Counted from the stretch's first letter, positions 29,972 to 40,638 are shown. The stretch is 64,000 nucleotides of DNA from Nitrosopumilus sp. (GCA_965205215.1 OZ242041.1:640001-704000), one strand, 5' to 3'. Made by a program: numbers and translations. Notes: a model not told the origin generated them from the sequence alone.

Positions 29972-30154
29972 CTACTTGTCTGCGGCGGCGACGGCAACGT
30001 CGGGCACGGCCCGCAGAATCAGGGACTTGTTCTTCGTCTTTTGGACGTAGACGTAGGTGTGTTTTTTCCACCCGAGCTCCTTGATGAGGTCCGCGGGAAG
30101 GCTCACTCCCCACGAACCGCCGTTCTTTTGGATTATCTTACGAATCAGCACCAT
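29972..30154 (-). CDS. AbrB/MazE-family transcription regulator
   Basis: RKIIQKNGGSWGVSLPADLIKELGWKKH swapped-hairpin signature. Confidence 0.85.
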   Translation of the reverse strand: MVLIRKIIQKNGGSWGVSLPADLIKELGWKKHTYVYVQKTKNKSLILRAVPDVAVAAADK

Positions 30155-30346
30155 CCGTCACAAGTACGGAAAGCGTAAAAGGGCAAAGGGGCGGGCGCGC
30201 ACACATCCCACCTTCCGGCACGTACGCCCCGCCGCTACATCCGGGCGCCGCGGGCGGCCCGCGCCAAGGACATACTACGGTAATGTACCCCTTTGGGAAG
30301 GCATATTACAAAAACATCAAATACAAAAAGCATTATTGTTACGGGT

Positions 30347-31231
30347 ATGAGCACGACCGCGCCAAGACGCACCGCATCCCCCGAATGCCCCGCGGGGCAA
30401 ATGGCGGCCGCGGATGCCTGCGCGCACGATATGCGATACGAGACGGCCACCCCCGAGGGGGAGATCGTCTGCCGCGCGTGCGGGGTGGTCAAGGGAGACG
30501 ACGACCGGCGGCAGGCGTATGCGGACCCGGCGGCGCTCCCGCGCACCCGGACCAACCTGTACCTTGAGATGGAGGTGGGCGGCAAGCCGGACCCGAGGCT
30601 GCGGGCGGACAGGTTCGTGCGCCGGGGGCGCGACATGGCGGCAGTCAGCAACATATCGCAAAAGCTCGGCATCCCAAACGGCGCGGGCAGGGACGCGTGG
30701 GCGTGGTACCAGAGGCTGCGCCGCGCGCCCGGCATGCGCATGACAAAGGCAAAGCTACTGGTCCTGGCGTTTCACGGCGTCTGCAGGACGTGGGGCTGCC
30801 CGCTAAACGAGGCCAGGCTGCGGGACGCCATACGCATGGAGCTGGGGGTGAGGCACGCGCACTCGTACCTGCACGCCATAATGGAGGCCTCGTCATACGT
30901 GGATGAGGAGACCGGGGAGCACGTGCTGCGCAGGATAGGGTTCCTTGACATGATCGGGCACGGCATGTCTGATGATGCTGATGACGGCAGCGGCGGCGGC
31001 GGCGATGGTAATGATGATGCGGCCCGTAGTCCTCCGCCGCCGCCGTCGAGCGCGTTTTCCATGAGCACCGAGATCCAGTCCCTGGGGTACAAGTACGAGC
31101 CCGGAATCGCGGAGGAGCTGGCGCGCGAGGCGCGCGCCATCCTCCCCGTGCTGGAGCAGAGGGAAACCAGCCGGGGGCGCGCGGCGCGCGCGGCCGTGCG
31201 CATAGCAGAGAGGAGGTACGGGGCGCGGTGA
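30347..31231 (+). CDS. Divergent TFB/TFIIB-like transcription factor
   Basis: Zn ribbon C-x-H...EGEIVCRACGVV followed by a cyclin-like repeat (VSNISQKLGIP...A). Confidence 0.72.
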   Translation: MSTTAPRRTASPECPAGQMAAADACAHDMRYETATPEGEIVCRACGVVKGDDDRRQAYADPAALPRTRTNLYLEMEVGGKPDPRLRADRFVRRGRDMAAVSNISQKLGIPNGAGRDAWAWYQRLRRAPGMRMTKAKLLVLAFHGVCRTWGCPLNEARLRDAIRMELGVRHAHSYLHAIMEASSYVDEETGEHVLRRIGFLDMIGHGMSDDADDGSGGGGDGNDDAARSPPPPPSSAFSMSTEIQSLGYKYEPGIAEELAREARAILPVLEQRETSRGRAARAAVRIAERRYGAR

Positions 31232-32334
31232 GCGCGAAAAACACGCAGTGGCGGCTGCGGCAGGTTCGTACCGCGTCCATACGATATCATGATCTCGACA
31301 TTACGGTCCCGCTGCAAAGGCACGTGGACGCGTACAGGCTCATTTTTGCAGGGGTATCGGCCGGGCAGCCGTCCCCGGCAGACGGGGTTCCGGCAGTCAG
31401 GGTGGGCTACATAGGCGGCACGCCGTACCTGATGGCAGACGGCGACGTGTACCGCGGGGCCCTGGCGGCGGGCGCCGAGCATATCAGGTGCGTCGCCATG
31501 AAATGCGCCGACGCGTCTGACTTTCTTGTAAGGCACGTCCAGTACAACCACAGGCCCGCGGGGATCAACCCGCTCCTCCTCCGCAACGTGTCTGACTACG
31601 TGGCGGCCCACGGAAGCGCGGAGGACGCGGCGGCCCTGTCGCGCATATGCGCGGGGACGGTACACCAAAAGTTCATCGCGCTCGACCTGGGGCCCGGGGC
31701 CGCCGCGATACTGGGCGAGCTCTGCAAGTTTCTGGGCTCCAAGCTGTCACAGTTCGTGCTGCCGTACTACATCCCGTACCGCATAGCAAGGCAGAGGCCC
31801 GACATGCAGGGGGAGCTGGCCGAAAAGGTGTCGGGGCTGGTGAGGGCGCGCCCAGTCAACGACGCCCGCTTTGCGTGGCCCAGTTACGAGGAGGTAAGGA
31901 TGATCTCCGACTCCCCCCGGTACCGCAGGGACGAGGAGCCCGCCATAGTGACCCCGGACGGCGAGAGGCCGCCCCCCGCGGAGGTGCGGCGCGCAAGGCA
32001 GCTGATCAAGGGCGCGCGCGACATCATCGCAATCCCGGGTACCGACGAGCACCCCCCATATCTCATAGACCTCAAGACAAGGCGCGCCTCCATAGTGGAT
32101 GACCGCAAGACGGTCACGGTCCTCAGGGACGCGGACCCCGAGGGCGCCGGCGCCGCCATGACGTACCTGTTCCCGAGTGAGGCGGGCCGGTGGCTGGGGC
32201 TCTCGGGCGGCAAGGGGGACGGTTCGGACGTGGAGATGATGCAGTTTGACGCCGCCGCGAACCTCGCGGAGTTTGCGCAAAAGCACCGCGATACGCGCGG
32301 GGTAGTGTTCTACAGGAGGAGGGGGAGGGCCTGA
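31228..32334 (+). CDS. Divergent ParB/Srx-like protein
   Basis: PAVRVGYIGGTPYLMADGDVYRGALAAG...HVQYNH...INPL matches the ParB N-domain layout with a degenerate GxxRxxA. Confidence 0.55.
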   Translation: MSAKNTQWRLRQVRTASIRYHDLDITVPLQRHVDAYRLIFAGVSAGQPSPADGVPAVRVGYIGGTPYLMADGDVYRGALAAGAEHIRCVAMKCADASDFLVRHVQYNHRPAGINPLLLRNVSDYVAAHGSAEDAAALSRICAGTVHQKFIALDLGPGAAAILGELCKFLGSKLSQFVLPYYIPYRIARQRPDMQGELAEKVSGLVRARPVNDARFAWPSYEEVRMISDSPRYRRDEEPAIVTPDGERPPPAEVRRARQLIKGARDIIAIPGTDEHPPYLIDLKTRRASIVDDRKTVTVLRDADPEGAGAAMTYLFPSEAGRWLGLSGGKGDGSDVEMMQFDAAANLAEFAQKHRDTRGVVFYRRRGRA

Positions 32335-32969
32335 TGCCGCAATCCGGCGGCCGCGACGCCGCGTCAGTCATACGCGGGCTGTCCAGGCGCTCGCACTCTA
32401 CGAGGGCCGTCAAGCTGGGGATGATGCGGGGCGGCATGCCGTGGCCCGTGGGCCCGAGGCGCATAGCCCACATGCACGCGGCCGTGCGCCGCCGCACGCG
32501 GGTCGGCAGCATGGGGCCGGACGACATGAGGCGCATGGAAAACGCGGGACTGATACGATATTCGGGTGACGGCAGGCCTACAGTCACGCGGGTGGGCCGC
32601 TGGTCGGCCACGGCGTCCGGGCTGGGCATATCGTTCCTTGAGATGTGTGTGCTGGCAAAGGTGTACGGGGTTGCGCGCAGTATGGAGGGCGCGGGGAGGG
32701 GAGGGGCAGACGGGAGCCCGGCGCGCATAGTTACAATCCCCCTCAAGACCGTCCAGTACTTTTTTGAGGACTGGCCCGCCTACCCGGGACGCGTCCAGCA
32801 CGCGCTGTCCCGTCTGCGCGGCCGCGGGCTGATCCCAAGGTCGCGCCCCCGGAGGGTCGCGTGCGACATGTCCCGGTTGGACGCCATACGCGCGGAGCTC
32901 TCGGAGGTGGGCAGGTGGGTCGACGACACGGGGGAGGAGATACGCCGCGTACTCTTACATGGATACTGA
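32334..32969 (+). CDS. Putative winged-helix DNA-binding protein
   Basis: MRRMENAGLIRY...VTRVGR and VQHALSRLRGRGLI wHTH-like motifs; operonic overlaps on both sides. Confidence 0.55.
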   Translation: MPQSGGRDAASVIRGLSRRSHSTRAVKLGMMRGGMPWPVGPRRIAHMHAAVRRRTRVGSMGPDDMRRMENAGLIRYSGDGRPTVTRVGRWSATASGLGISFLEMCVLAKVYGVARSMEGAGRGGADGSPARIVTIPLKTVQYFFEDWPAYPGRVQHALSRLRGRGLIPRSRPRRVACDMSRLDAIRAELSEVGRWVDDTGEEIRRVLLHGY

Positions 32970-33648
32970 GCTGATCCGGCTGCTCATGGTGCTGGGCGTG
33001 CTGGCGGCAAACTCGTACACGGACGTCAGGTACAGGACTGTGCTTGGGGGCGACCGCCACTATGCGCTGGTGGGCGGCGCCGGGCTGGTTTTGTTCCTGC
33101 TGGACGGCGGCTGGGCGGACGCGGGCGCCCTGTTCGGGATGGCGGCGGGTGTCACGCTCGCCCTAGTGCTGTACAGGTGCAGGGGGGCGGCCTTTGGGGA
33201 CTGCATAATACTGCTGGTCGTATCGGCCACCCTGCCCACAGCGTTTGGCGTGCCGTTTCTGCCCGTCCTAGCCGGCCTGCTCGGAATTACCATACTGGCA
33301 TTTGCGGTAATGGGATACAACGTGGCGCTGAACGCGTCGCATGCGGCCGGGCTGTACCGGCATCCGGCCGCGGGACGCCTGCCATTCTCCGCGTGCGGGG
33401 ACACAGGCACCCTCAAAAAGGCGGCCGCGTTCTTTGCGGCGCACCACCGGAGGAGGTGGGAGAGACACATGGTCCGCATTGACGACGGGCGTGGCGGTTT
33501 TTCGCTGCGCGCGACGCCCGTGGGCACGAGAATATGGAAAAAGGGCGACGGGGAGGGGCGGCCTGTGATGGTGGCCGCCCCCGTGGTACCGTTTCTGCTG
33601 GCGGGCCTGGTCCTGCTACTAACACTGCCTCCGGCGTTCTCGGCCTAG
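32959..33648 (+). CDS. Prepilin peptidase (A24, PibD/FlaK-like)
   Basis: SYTDVRYRTV first catalytic Asp, AFGD (GxGD) second, C-terminal PVVPFL; multiple TM segments. Confidence 0.85.
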   Translation: MDTELIRLLMVLGVLAANSYTDVRYRTVLGGDRHYALVGGAGLVLFLLDGGWADAGALFGMAAGVTLALVLYRCRGAAFGDCIILLVVSATLPTAFGVPFLPVLAGLLGITILAFAVMGYNVALNASHAAGLYRHPAAGRLPFSACGDTGTLKKAAAFFAAHHRRRWERHMVRIDDGRGGFSLRATPVGTRIWKKGDGEGRPVMVAAPVVPFLLAGLVLLLTLPPAFSA

Positions 33649-33722
33649 CCTCCCCCCATTCCTAGAAATCAATTGTAAGAACGTCTTCCACCGGGATCTC
33701 GGGGTTTTGGTCGATTTTCAGG

Positions 33723-34097
33723 CTATTCCGGCTGATCTAGATTCTCACTTTTTCTGATAAAGTATAGATTGAACATTTTGCGGAGAAGGCAACACCCGCG
33801 GTCGATTTTTTCTTGGTCGTAATCAGGTTCCAATATCAATACCTTGTATGTTCCCTTTTTCAAACCTACCCGTGGATTGTATTCGGAATCAATTCTAGGC
33901 CTGAGTATTACGGTGTACCCGTGAGGACCGTATTTGGAATTCAGGTCATCTTCATATGTCTCGCTGATGTCATGTGGATAGAATACGAAGCTTTTGGTGT
34001 CGGGGATTCCCCATAGCTGGGCATGCCATTCTATCCAGTTCGGTTTTTCTACACTATGTGATTTTTCAAGAATCTGGCTATAATTCAGTCCGTCCAT
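33723..34097 (-). CDS. Low-GC hypothetical protein
   Basis: 124-aa ORF in an AT-rich islet with TATA GATATATAAG upstream. Confidence 0.55.
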   Translation of the reverse strand: MDGLNYSQILEKSHSVEKPNWIEWHAQLWGIPDTKSFVFYPHDISETYEDDLNSKYGPHGYTVILRPRIDSEYNPRVGLKKGTYKVLILEPDYDQEKIDRGCCLLRKMFNLYFIRKSENLDQPE

Positions 34098-34261
34098 TAA
34101 AACATCTTAACGAATCTCACCTTATATATCTACAATGGCCGGTAGTGTACACCCTCAAAAAAATTTGAAGAGGTGTAGCTTCTGTAGTTTATGGAAGAGG
34201 GCACGTCCCATGCAGACGGCCCCATCACATCCGCTTAAAAGCCGCACGGCGCACCGTACGC

Positions 34262-36112
34262 GTGGAGATCATACGAGAGCGCCTCTTTGGCGGGCCGCCC
34301 AAACGGGTATACGGGCACGCGTACTCGATAACCCCCACCAACTTCCGCATACTGCCGGAGGAAAAGAGGCGGCGCAGGCTCGCAGAGTTCTTTGAGATGC
34401 TCAAGATGCTGGAGCGCGCGGCCGTCATCACACTTGAGCGCGTTCCCATAACAGTCAGGGGGGAAGGGAGCCGGGCGGGCGGCACTAGGATGGACGTTCT
34501 GCGCGTCATGCTTGACTCGGCGGAGCCGCTTGACGACATACTGGAGAGATTGAACTTTTCATACACCATCGACGAGCCCCACAACGCGCCGGCGGTCACG
34601 GCGCAGGGGGTCCGGGACTTTGCGTGCGTCGTGGACGGCCTGCCCCTGTACGGGAGGGCGTACACCGTATATGGCGCCCCCGCGGTCCTGCCGCCCGCGT
34701 GGGTACACGACGTGTTCGGCACGTTCCACCGGCTCCAGATACACGTGGCGCCTATACGCCCCGACGACGCCCTGCGCAAGATGGAGAACCGCGAGCTGCT
34801 CTACAGCGGGGTGCGCACAAGCAGGGCAGATATCCAGAAAAAGCTCCGTGACATACGCGCCCTCAAGCGGGAGCTCGAACTGGGCAACACGTCGGCGTTC
34901 GCGTTTACTGTCAACGGGTTCGTGTTTGCCGCGTCCCGGAAAAAGCTCCGCGAACTGCACCGCACAGTCAAGCGCAACACGTCCGCGATGAACGTCAGGG
35001 TCACGACGTCGCTTGGCAGGCAAAAGCACATCGTCTCGGGCGGCGGGGCCTCGTGGCTGGGCGCCATACACAGCATGCACGTGCTCTACCCGTTCGTGTC
35101 ATCCGACATGCTCGAGGTCCCAAACGGCATCATGCTCGGCAGAAACCTCGACACGCAGGGCCCCGTCATATATGATGTCAACCTGCGCAAGAACCACAAC
35201 GTCTTCACAGCGGGGACCACGGGCTCCGGCAAGTCGTTTACAAACAAGATACTGCTAAAGCGGTTTCTCGAAAAGCGCCCGGACATCATGTGTATCGTGA
35301 TAGACCCGCAGGGCGAGTACGCGGAGCACGCAGAATACTTTGGGCTTGACAGGGTGGAGATGGCGCCCGGACAGGAGTACGGACTGGACCCGTTTGCCAT
35401 GCTCGGCTCCGCGGTGGAGGCGGCCGACCTGCTGGGGGCGGCCACCAACGCGCCAAACCAGACGAGGAGGGAGTGGAGGAGCATCTGCGATACCGTACAT
35501 TCCATAGACGGGCTGTACGAGGCGAGCTCCGAGGACTCGAAAAAATATCTGGCCGACCTGGTCCGCGGCGGCGTCTCCCGCGTATTTCGCGGCAGCCCCA
35601 GATTCTCGGACAGAATGGTGGTGTCGCTGAGGAATACTGACGGGCAGGAGTACGAGGGGCTGCTGATACTGCTGGTTTTGGCGTACGCGTGGAGGCGCGT
35701 AAACGAGCTGCCCGCCAAGCGGTGGAAGTTCGTCCTGCTTGACGAGGCGTGGCGCATGACCAAGATCAACCACAGCATACGAAAGATAGGCGAGATGGCG
35801 CGGCAGGGCCGCAAGCGCTCATTGATATTCGCCGTGTCCACGCAGCAGTTCTCCGACATGGACCGCGCGCTCGACGACGAGTCCCGGCTCACCGAGCTGT
35901 TCGACACCAAGGTAATAATGCAGATGTCGCAGTCGGCCGCGCGCGCCATGGGCGCGGCCTTGGGGCTGACCGGGGCGGAGATGGAGCGCGTCACGAACTT
36001 TCGGGCCGGGACGGGGCTGCTCCAGACAAGCGACAACGCCGTATACCTCAGGTTCGAGGCCACGGGCGACGAGGCAAAGCGGTACTTTAACACAAAGGCG
36101 GTGCAGGAGTGA
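34262..36112 (+). CDS. virB4: VirB4-like conjugation ATPase
   Basis: NHNVFTAGTTGSGKS (Walker A), IVIDPQGEY, LLDEAW (Walker B), ARQGRKR, STQQFSD. Confidence 0.9.
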   Translation: MEIIRERLFGGPPKRVYGHAYSITPTNFRILPEEKRRRRLAEFFEMLKMLERAAVITLERVPITVRGEGSRAGGTRMDVLRVMLDSAEPLDDILERLNFSYTIDEPHNAPAVTAQGVRDFACVVDGLPLYGRAYTVYGAPAVLPPAWVHDVFGTFHRLQIHVAPIRPDDALRKMENRELLYSGVRTSRADIQKKLRDIRALKRELELGNTSAFAFTVNGFVFAASRKKLRELHRTVKRNTSAMNVRVTTSLGRQKHIVSGGGASWLGAIHSMHVLYPFVSSDMLEVPNGIMLGRNLDTQGPVIYDVNLRKNHNVFTAGTTGSGKSFTNKILLKRFLEKRPDIMCIVIDPQGEYAEHAEYFGLDRVEMAPGQEYGLDPFAMLGSAVEAADLLGAATNAPNQTRREWRSICDTVHSIDGLYEASSEDSKKYLADLVRGGVSRVFRGSPRFSDRMVVSLRNTDGQEYEGLLILLVLAYAWRRVNELPAKRWKFVLLDEAWRMTKINHSIRKIGEMARQGRKRSLIFAVSTQQFSDMDRALDDESRLTELFDTKVIMQMSQSAARAMGAALGLTGAEMERVTNFRAGTGLLQTSDNAVYLRFEATGDEAKRYFNTKAVQE

Positions 36113-36519
36113 CGCGGCAGGAGCGGCGCGCGGCATCCGGGATGATCGAGGTCCTGATCCTAGTCTCGGTGGCTGTCGTGGGCGCCGGCGCCCTTGCCGC
36201 GTGGTTCTCCGGATCGTACGACGTGCTGCAGGAAACAGGGTGCACCGCGTGGATGGATGCACACGAGATATCCGACGGCTCGTACTGGATCCAGGCTACC
36301 ATACGGAACACGGGCGACCACCCCATACGCGAGTACCACGTCATGGTGGGCGACGGCGACGCGCCGGCCGCGTCGTCCCATGCAGTCTGGGAGCCGGGCC
36401 AGACCGCGGTGCTGGAGTTCGTAGTGGCGGGCGCCGGCGACGGGTCACACCTGCTGCCTGCAAGGGTGACGGCCCGGGGCGGAGGGGGCAGCGCGCTCTG
36501 TGGGGTGGTCACGCCGTGA
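36109..36519 (+). CDS. Archaeal type IV pilin
   Basis: RRA|ASGMIEVLILVSVAVVGAG class III-like signal; IRNTGDHPI motif. Confidence 0.75.
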   Translation: MTRQERRAASGMIEVLILVSVAVVGAGALAAWFSGSYDVLQETGCTAWMDAHEISDGSYWIQATIRNTGDHPIREYHVMVGDGDAPAASSHAVWEPGQTAVLEFVVAGAGDGSHLLPARVTARGGGGSALCGVVTP

Positions 36520-36914
36520 ACCAGATCATACAGTATGTTCTGATATTCGGCGTGGTCGGTGTCTTTTTTGCGGCGCTGTACCAGGGCGCTACGGACGACG
36601 TCGGGGACAGGATCGCGTCGTACGGCGACAGGCTCGACCTGTACAAGGCGCAGGCAGCAGAGCACCTCAGGCTGGTGGAGATTACGGATGCCGAGCCGGC
36701 CACGATAGACCTGGTAAATACCGGCGCAAGGGACGTCAGGATAAGGCACCTGTACGTGGACGGCGCCAGGGACGACGCGTACACGATCAGGGACGGGGAC
36801 GGGCCCGCCGACGGGCTGCGCGCGGGCAGCTTGGCGCGCGTCGTCTCGGCCCTTGACGGCGGCACGGTCTCCATTGTTACAGAGAGCGGCAGGGTCTTTA
36901 GGTTCGGCCAGTGA
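36516..36914 (+). CDS. Pilin-like protein
   Basis: GTG 36516 MNQIIQYVLIFGVV; EHLRLVE, LVNTGARDVRIRHLYVDG and SIVTESGRVF pilin-like motifs. Confidence 0.72.
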   Translation: MNQIIQYVLIFGVVGVFFAALYQGATDDVGDRIASYGDRLDLYKAQAAEHLRLVEITDAEPATIDLVNTGARDVRIRHLYVDGARDDAYTIRDGDGPADGLRAGSLARVVSALDGGTVSIVTESGRVFRFGQ

Positions 36915-37196
36915 CTATGATGATAGTGACGACGCGGCAGACATGATCTCTCCAAACATGGAGGCGCAGCTCTCGGAGGTCAGAGAAACCTGCACCAGTG
37001 AGTCCGCGTCACCGTTGTGAAAAAAGTTGAGCAGTACGGTGTCGTGCGACACCTGCTCTGCAAGCAGCAGATCGCGGAGGGTCACCTCAAAATGGCTTGC
37101 CGCGCCGCCGCCTCTGGCGCAGATAATCGTCCCGTTCTCGGCGACCTCCAGCTCGGCCCTCGTCTTTCCGTATATCTTGACCCTGTAGATGCCCAT
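36915..37196 (-). CDS. Small hypothetical protein (PH-like fold possible)
   Basis: ATG 37196 directly after the PrgI-like gene; beta strands plus a C-terminal helix. Confidence 0.5.
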   Translation of the reverse strand: MGIYRVKIYGKTRAELEVAENGTIICARGGGAASHFEVTLRDLLLAEQVSHDTVLLNFFHNGDADSLVQVSLTSESCASMFGEIMSAASSLSS

Positions 37197-37201
37197 TCCA
37201 A

Positions 37202-37927
37202 TCACCTGTTGCTGCCGGTCCCGGCGCGGCGCACAAACCGCACCGTCCTGCGCAGTAGGACCGCGCCGCCCGCGTGCTCCCGTATGGCAAGGGTTCTGTA
37301 GCCCTCGCGCTCGGGCCTGACATGCAGCACAAGCGCGCCCTCCGCGGACGTCCGTAGCGCGTCTATCAGCTCGTCGTCCAAGTAGCACCTGACGAGCCTG
37401 TTGCCCAGCACGGAGCCGTCGCCGCCGTGTATGGTGACGCGTATGGACTTTAGCTCCTCCAGATCGGCGCACGAAATCTCTAGGACGCGCTCGGCCTTCT
37501 GCGCCACGTCCGTGTCAAGCCGCCGCGGGAACCCCAGCACCCTGGACTTTCTGCGCGTCCCCGCCCCGCCCCGCCCTTTGCGCATCTTGCGCATCAGGCC
37601 GCCGTAACCCGTCCTTTCCCGTAGGCGTGTAGCGAGCAGCGACAGCAGGGCGAGCAATACAACGTCCGCCGTCCCGTACGGCGTCTTTATGATGCCTAAC
37701 ACCGCGCCCGCCCCGAGCGGTAGGAGGGCCGCGCAGATCGGCGCCCAGTCCCGCGTTATCTCCATGTTGTCGGGCACCACGGCCCCGTAAAGCGCGGCGG
37801 ACGCCAGGCCAAAGACGCCCAGCACCGCCAAGTTGCGCAGCGACATGAACCCGAACGGGGTGGTCAGCGCGGGCTCCTCCCAGCCCGAATAGTCCCGGAA
37901 AATCAACACTTCGGAAGGCTCTGCCAA
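37202..37927 (-). CDS. PrgI/VirB3-like membrane protein
   Basis: IFRDYSGWEEPAL...GFMSLRNLAVL then two TM segments, the PrgI-type layout; near virB4. Confidence 0.6.
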   Translation of the reverse strand: MAEPSEVLIFRDYSGWEEPALTTPFGFMSLRNLAVLGVFGLASAALYGAVVPDNMEITRDWAPICAALLPLGAGAVLGIIKTPYGTADVVLLALLSLLATRLRERTGYGGLMRKMRKGRGGAGTRRKSRVLGFPRRLDTDVAQKAERVLEISCADLEELKSIRVTIHGGDGSVLGNRLVRCYLDDELIDALRTSAEGALVLHVRPEREGYRTLAIREHAGGAVLLRRTVRFVRRAGTGSNR

Positions 37928-38101
37928 CTTATGCACCCCACGCGTCCTTGCGGCATCCAAATCCGACCAGATACATCGCACGATGGCGCCCGGAAGGACC
38001 CGTCGCCCTCGCCTCAAGACACATACAAGTCACCACGTGTAATCGCGCGCGTTTTGTTTTAAGCCGGCCTTCTTGATATCTATTCTTACATGCGACACGA
38101 A
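37883..38101 (+). repeat. ~220-bp direct repeat, copy 1 (promoter and 5' end of PrgI-like gene)
   Basis: Aligns to 61741-61957, e.g. TCCGACCAGATACATCGCACG and CAAGTCACC...TAATCGCGCG. Confidence 0.85.
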
Positions 38102-38209
38102 CGTATCAGTAAACCTAACAGAGTGCAGTAGTCAGGTCACCGACTTTCCAGAGGATCTCAGATCACCATAAATTGTCAGCCCCGTCAAGCGGGCACTTGG
38201 GAAGCTCTA

Positions 38210-38638
38210 CTATGGCGCATGCACGTCGGATTCGTATATGCTGTTCGGAAACATGGACGGAAACAGCCACTGTACGGTCCTGCTCACGGGGTCGGTGCAC
38301 TCCACGTGGTACGATCCGTAGAGAACCTTGGGTTCGGGGACGACGATCCCACCCTCGTTAATCCAGAACAGCAGGGCGCCAAGCGCGCTGTCCGGCGGAT
38401 CATTGACGACGATCACCTCGCTCTCCTCGAGGCTCGAGAAGACCTTCTTCAAGATCCTCGGGTTGCCGTCTTGATCTAAGGCAAAACGCAGAACGTCAGG
38501 CTTGATAGGAGAGTTGGTGGGCAGGGGAACCGTGTGCAGATAGTTCTGCATCACAAAACACTCCGTAGGCGTGAGCATCAGTACCAAAGCCGCAACGGCC
38601 ACCGCGCCTACGATTCCCAAGGGCAGGTATGAAATCAT
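38210..38638 (-). CDS. Membrane-anchored hypothetical protein downstream of protease
   Basis: ATG overlaps the protease stop (ATGA); N-terminal TM. Confidence 0.6.
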   Translation of the reverse strand: MISYLPLGIVGAVAVAALVLMLTPTECFVMQNYLHTVPLPTNSPIKPDVLRFALDQDGNPRILKKVFSSLEESEVIVVNDPPDSALGALLFWINEGGIVVPEPKVLYGSYHVECTDPVSRTVQWLFPSMFPNSIYESDVHAP

Positions 38639-40470
38639 TGCATATCTAGCGCCGGCTTTACGTTCTCCCACGGATTGAAGGCCTTGTAGTAATAGGAGTA
38701 GTTCACGTCATCGCACCAGATTGTCGAGGTCACGTTTATTGTACGCGACAGGTATTCTGACGGCGAGGTGAATACGCATACACCTCCCGAATGCAGGCCT
38801 ATCAGGTTGTGCGATCCGCTGGCATTGTGGTGAATTACCGGGGCGCCGCTGTCTCCCCTTATGCTATCATAGCTGGAAATTCCCATGTTGGTAAGCGTGT
38901 TCGTGCCAGACCCGAGAGTTGCATTCTTGTACCGTAGCCATCCGTCATCGTTGGTAAATGCGCCATAGATGTTCACCTTTGACCACCGAGGGACGTCCGA
39001 AAGATTCCCATATGTGACGTTCATCACGGTTCCGTTCAACATCTGGACCTTGTTGCCTATGATTATGTTCGGATCCTCGATCGGAACGAAAGCCACATCC
39101 GCATCAACAGTGTTATGCCGTGCATCAGGATTTCGGTTTAAAATCACATAATCGTTGCCCACGGTGTGGTTGTGAAACACCTACGTGGCAGGATCAAGTG
39201 CGACATTGTGTCCTGCAGTTATGATGCCTTTGACTCCGGTGCTGGCGTTTGTCGCTCCTATCGCCATCGTGCCTGTATACCCGTATGGTCCGCTTGAATC
39301 GGCCAAGAATATCGTATAGTTGTTTCCACCATAGAACTCCAGCACTCTGGATATCATCACGTCGTCTATCCCGACATCCTCAGATGACGAACTCATGTGC
39401 GCCACGAACCTCGCTTGGAACGAGTCCGATATGTACGGGGTGATGTCGAGCCTTTCAAAGTGCCACAGGCCGTCGTCGTCCCCAGAGTTTCCGGCCCATT
39501 CTGCCAGCCGGGCCCATGTTCCGTTGCCCGTAGTCACCTCGACCCGGAGGTATTCCCCGCTGTCAAGGGTCTGGTCGACGTACCTGTAGAACGAGAGCGC
39601 CGCGCGGCCTTCAGAGGAGAGGTCGACGGAGGCCCTGGTGGCGAGCACGCACTGCGTGGTGCACCTGTCGGCCGACGCAACGCTGTTGGTATCGTTGTAC
39701 CCCGGAGGATGGACATTATCGTCAAAACTGCCAGCCTCCCACTTGTATCTGCCGGAGTTGGTCCAGTTGCCCAGCCTGTCGGTCTCAAAGTCATCCAAAA
39801 AGACGGTGGTCGACAACGTGGCGTGGGCCGGTGCGGGGGCCGGCGCCGGTGCGGGCTCCGGTTCGGGCGCCGCGCCCGGGGGCTGCCACTCGTTGTCGGA
39901 GTCCAGCACGTAGTGGTTCTGGGTTGCCAGGTTGAAGAACAGCGCCTTGCACAGGCTGCTTGCGGTGGGCGAGTCGCACCTCGAGTCATACAGCGATATC
40001 CACGGGTCTGTCTGGGACTTGGGCGACGGCGACGTGTGGCCGTCCGGGACGAATACCCCGTACTTTACGTCCATCCTTTCCCCGCCGATCTCCAGAAGGG
40101 GCGCAATGTCGGCCTCGCTATAGTCAAATCCCAATGTCGGCAGTATCGAGTCGAGTATGACGTGCAGCTTTTCCTCATCCTCGTCAACGAACGTCATGGT
40201 GAACACGATGTCGCCTGCCCGGGAATAGTCGTGTTCTGAGTGATCGATCATGATGTCGGTAATGGTGCTGTGGGCCTCGTACAGCTCGCTTACGGTGCCG
40301 ACTGGCCCGACCGCGTCGTCCTCGGGGTTCAGGCCCCCGGACACTGCAGGCCCGCCCGCCCCGCCCCCGCCGGCCGTGCCCGCGTGTGAAGTGGAATCGG
40401 CGACCGTCGCGCGCAGCGCCATCGCAGCCACGGACACGAGAAGGACGGCCGGGGCGGCAAACAGCACCAC
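38635..40470 (-). pseudogene. Secreted trypsin-like (S1) serine protease with MAM-like domain, in-frame TAG at 39181-39183
   Basis: ITAGH (His) in the upstream ORF; DADVAFV (Asp) and RGDSGAP (Ser) in the downstream ORF; same frame, a single TAG between them. Confidence 0.8.
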
Positions 40471-40638
40471 TCTTGGACATCCCGGACTGCTGTCTTGTGA
40501 CGCGTATTAAACGTTGACAAGAACGGGTTGTATGGACTCACCTATGTTAACCCTCGTGCGTAGTTGGCGTGTCTGTGTCGTTGCACTTCCATTCCGTGCG
40601 TGATTGGGTGGCCGGCGGTTTATAGCTTACGCTGGGGG

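Noticed and set aside
39181-39183. Pyrrolysine read-through
   Set aside because: No pyl genes are seen, many genes here end in TAG, and the position is not catalytic.
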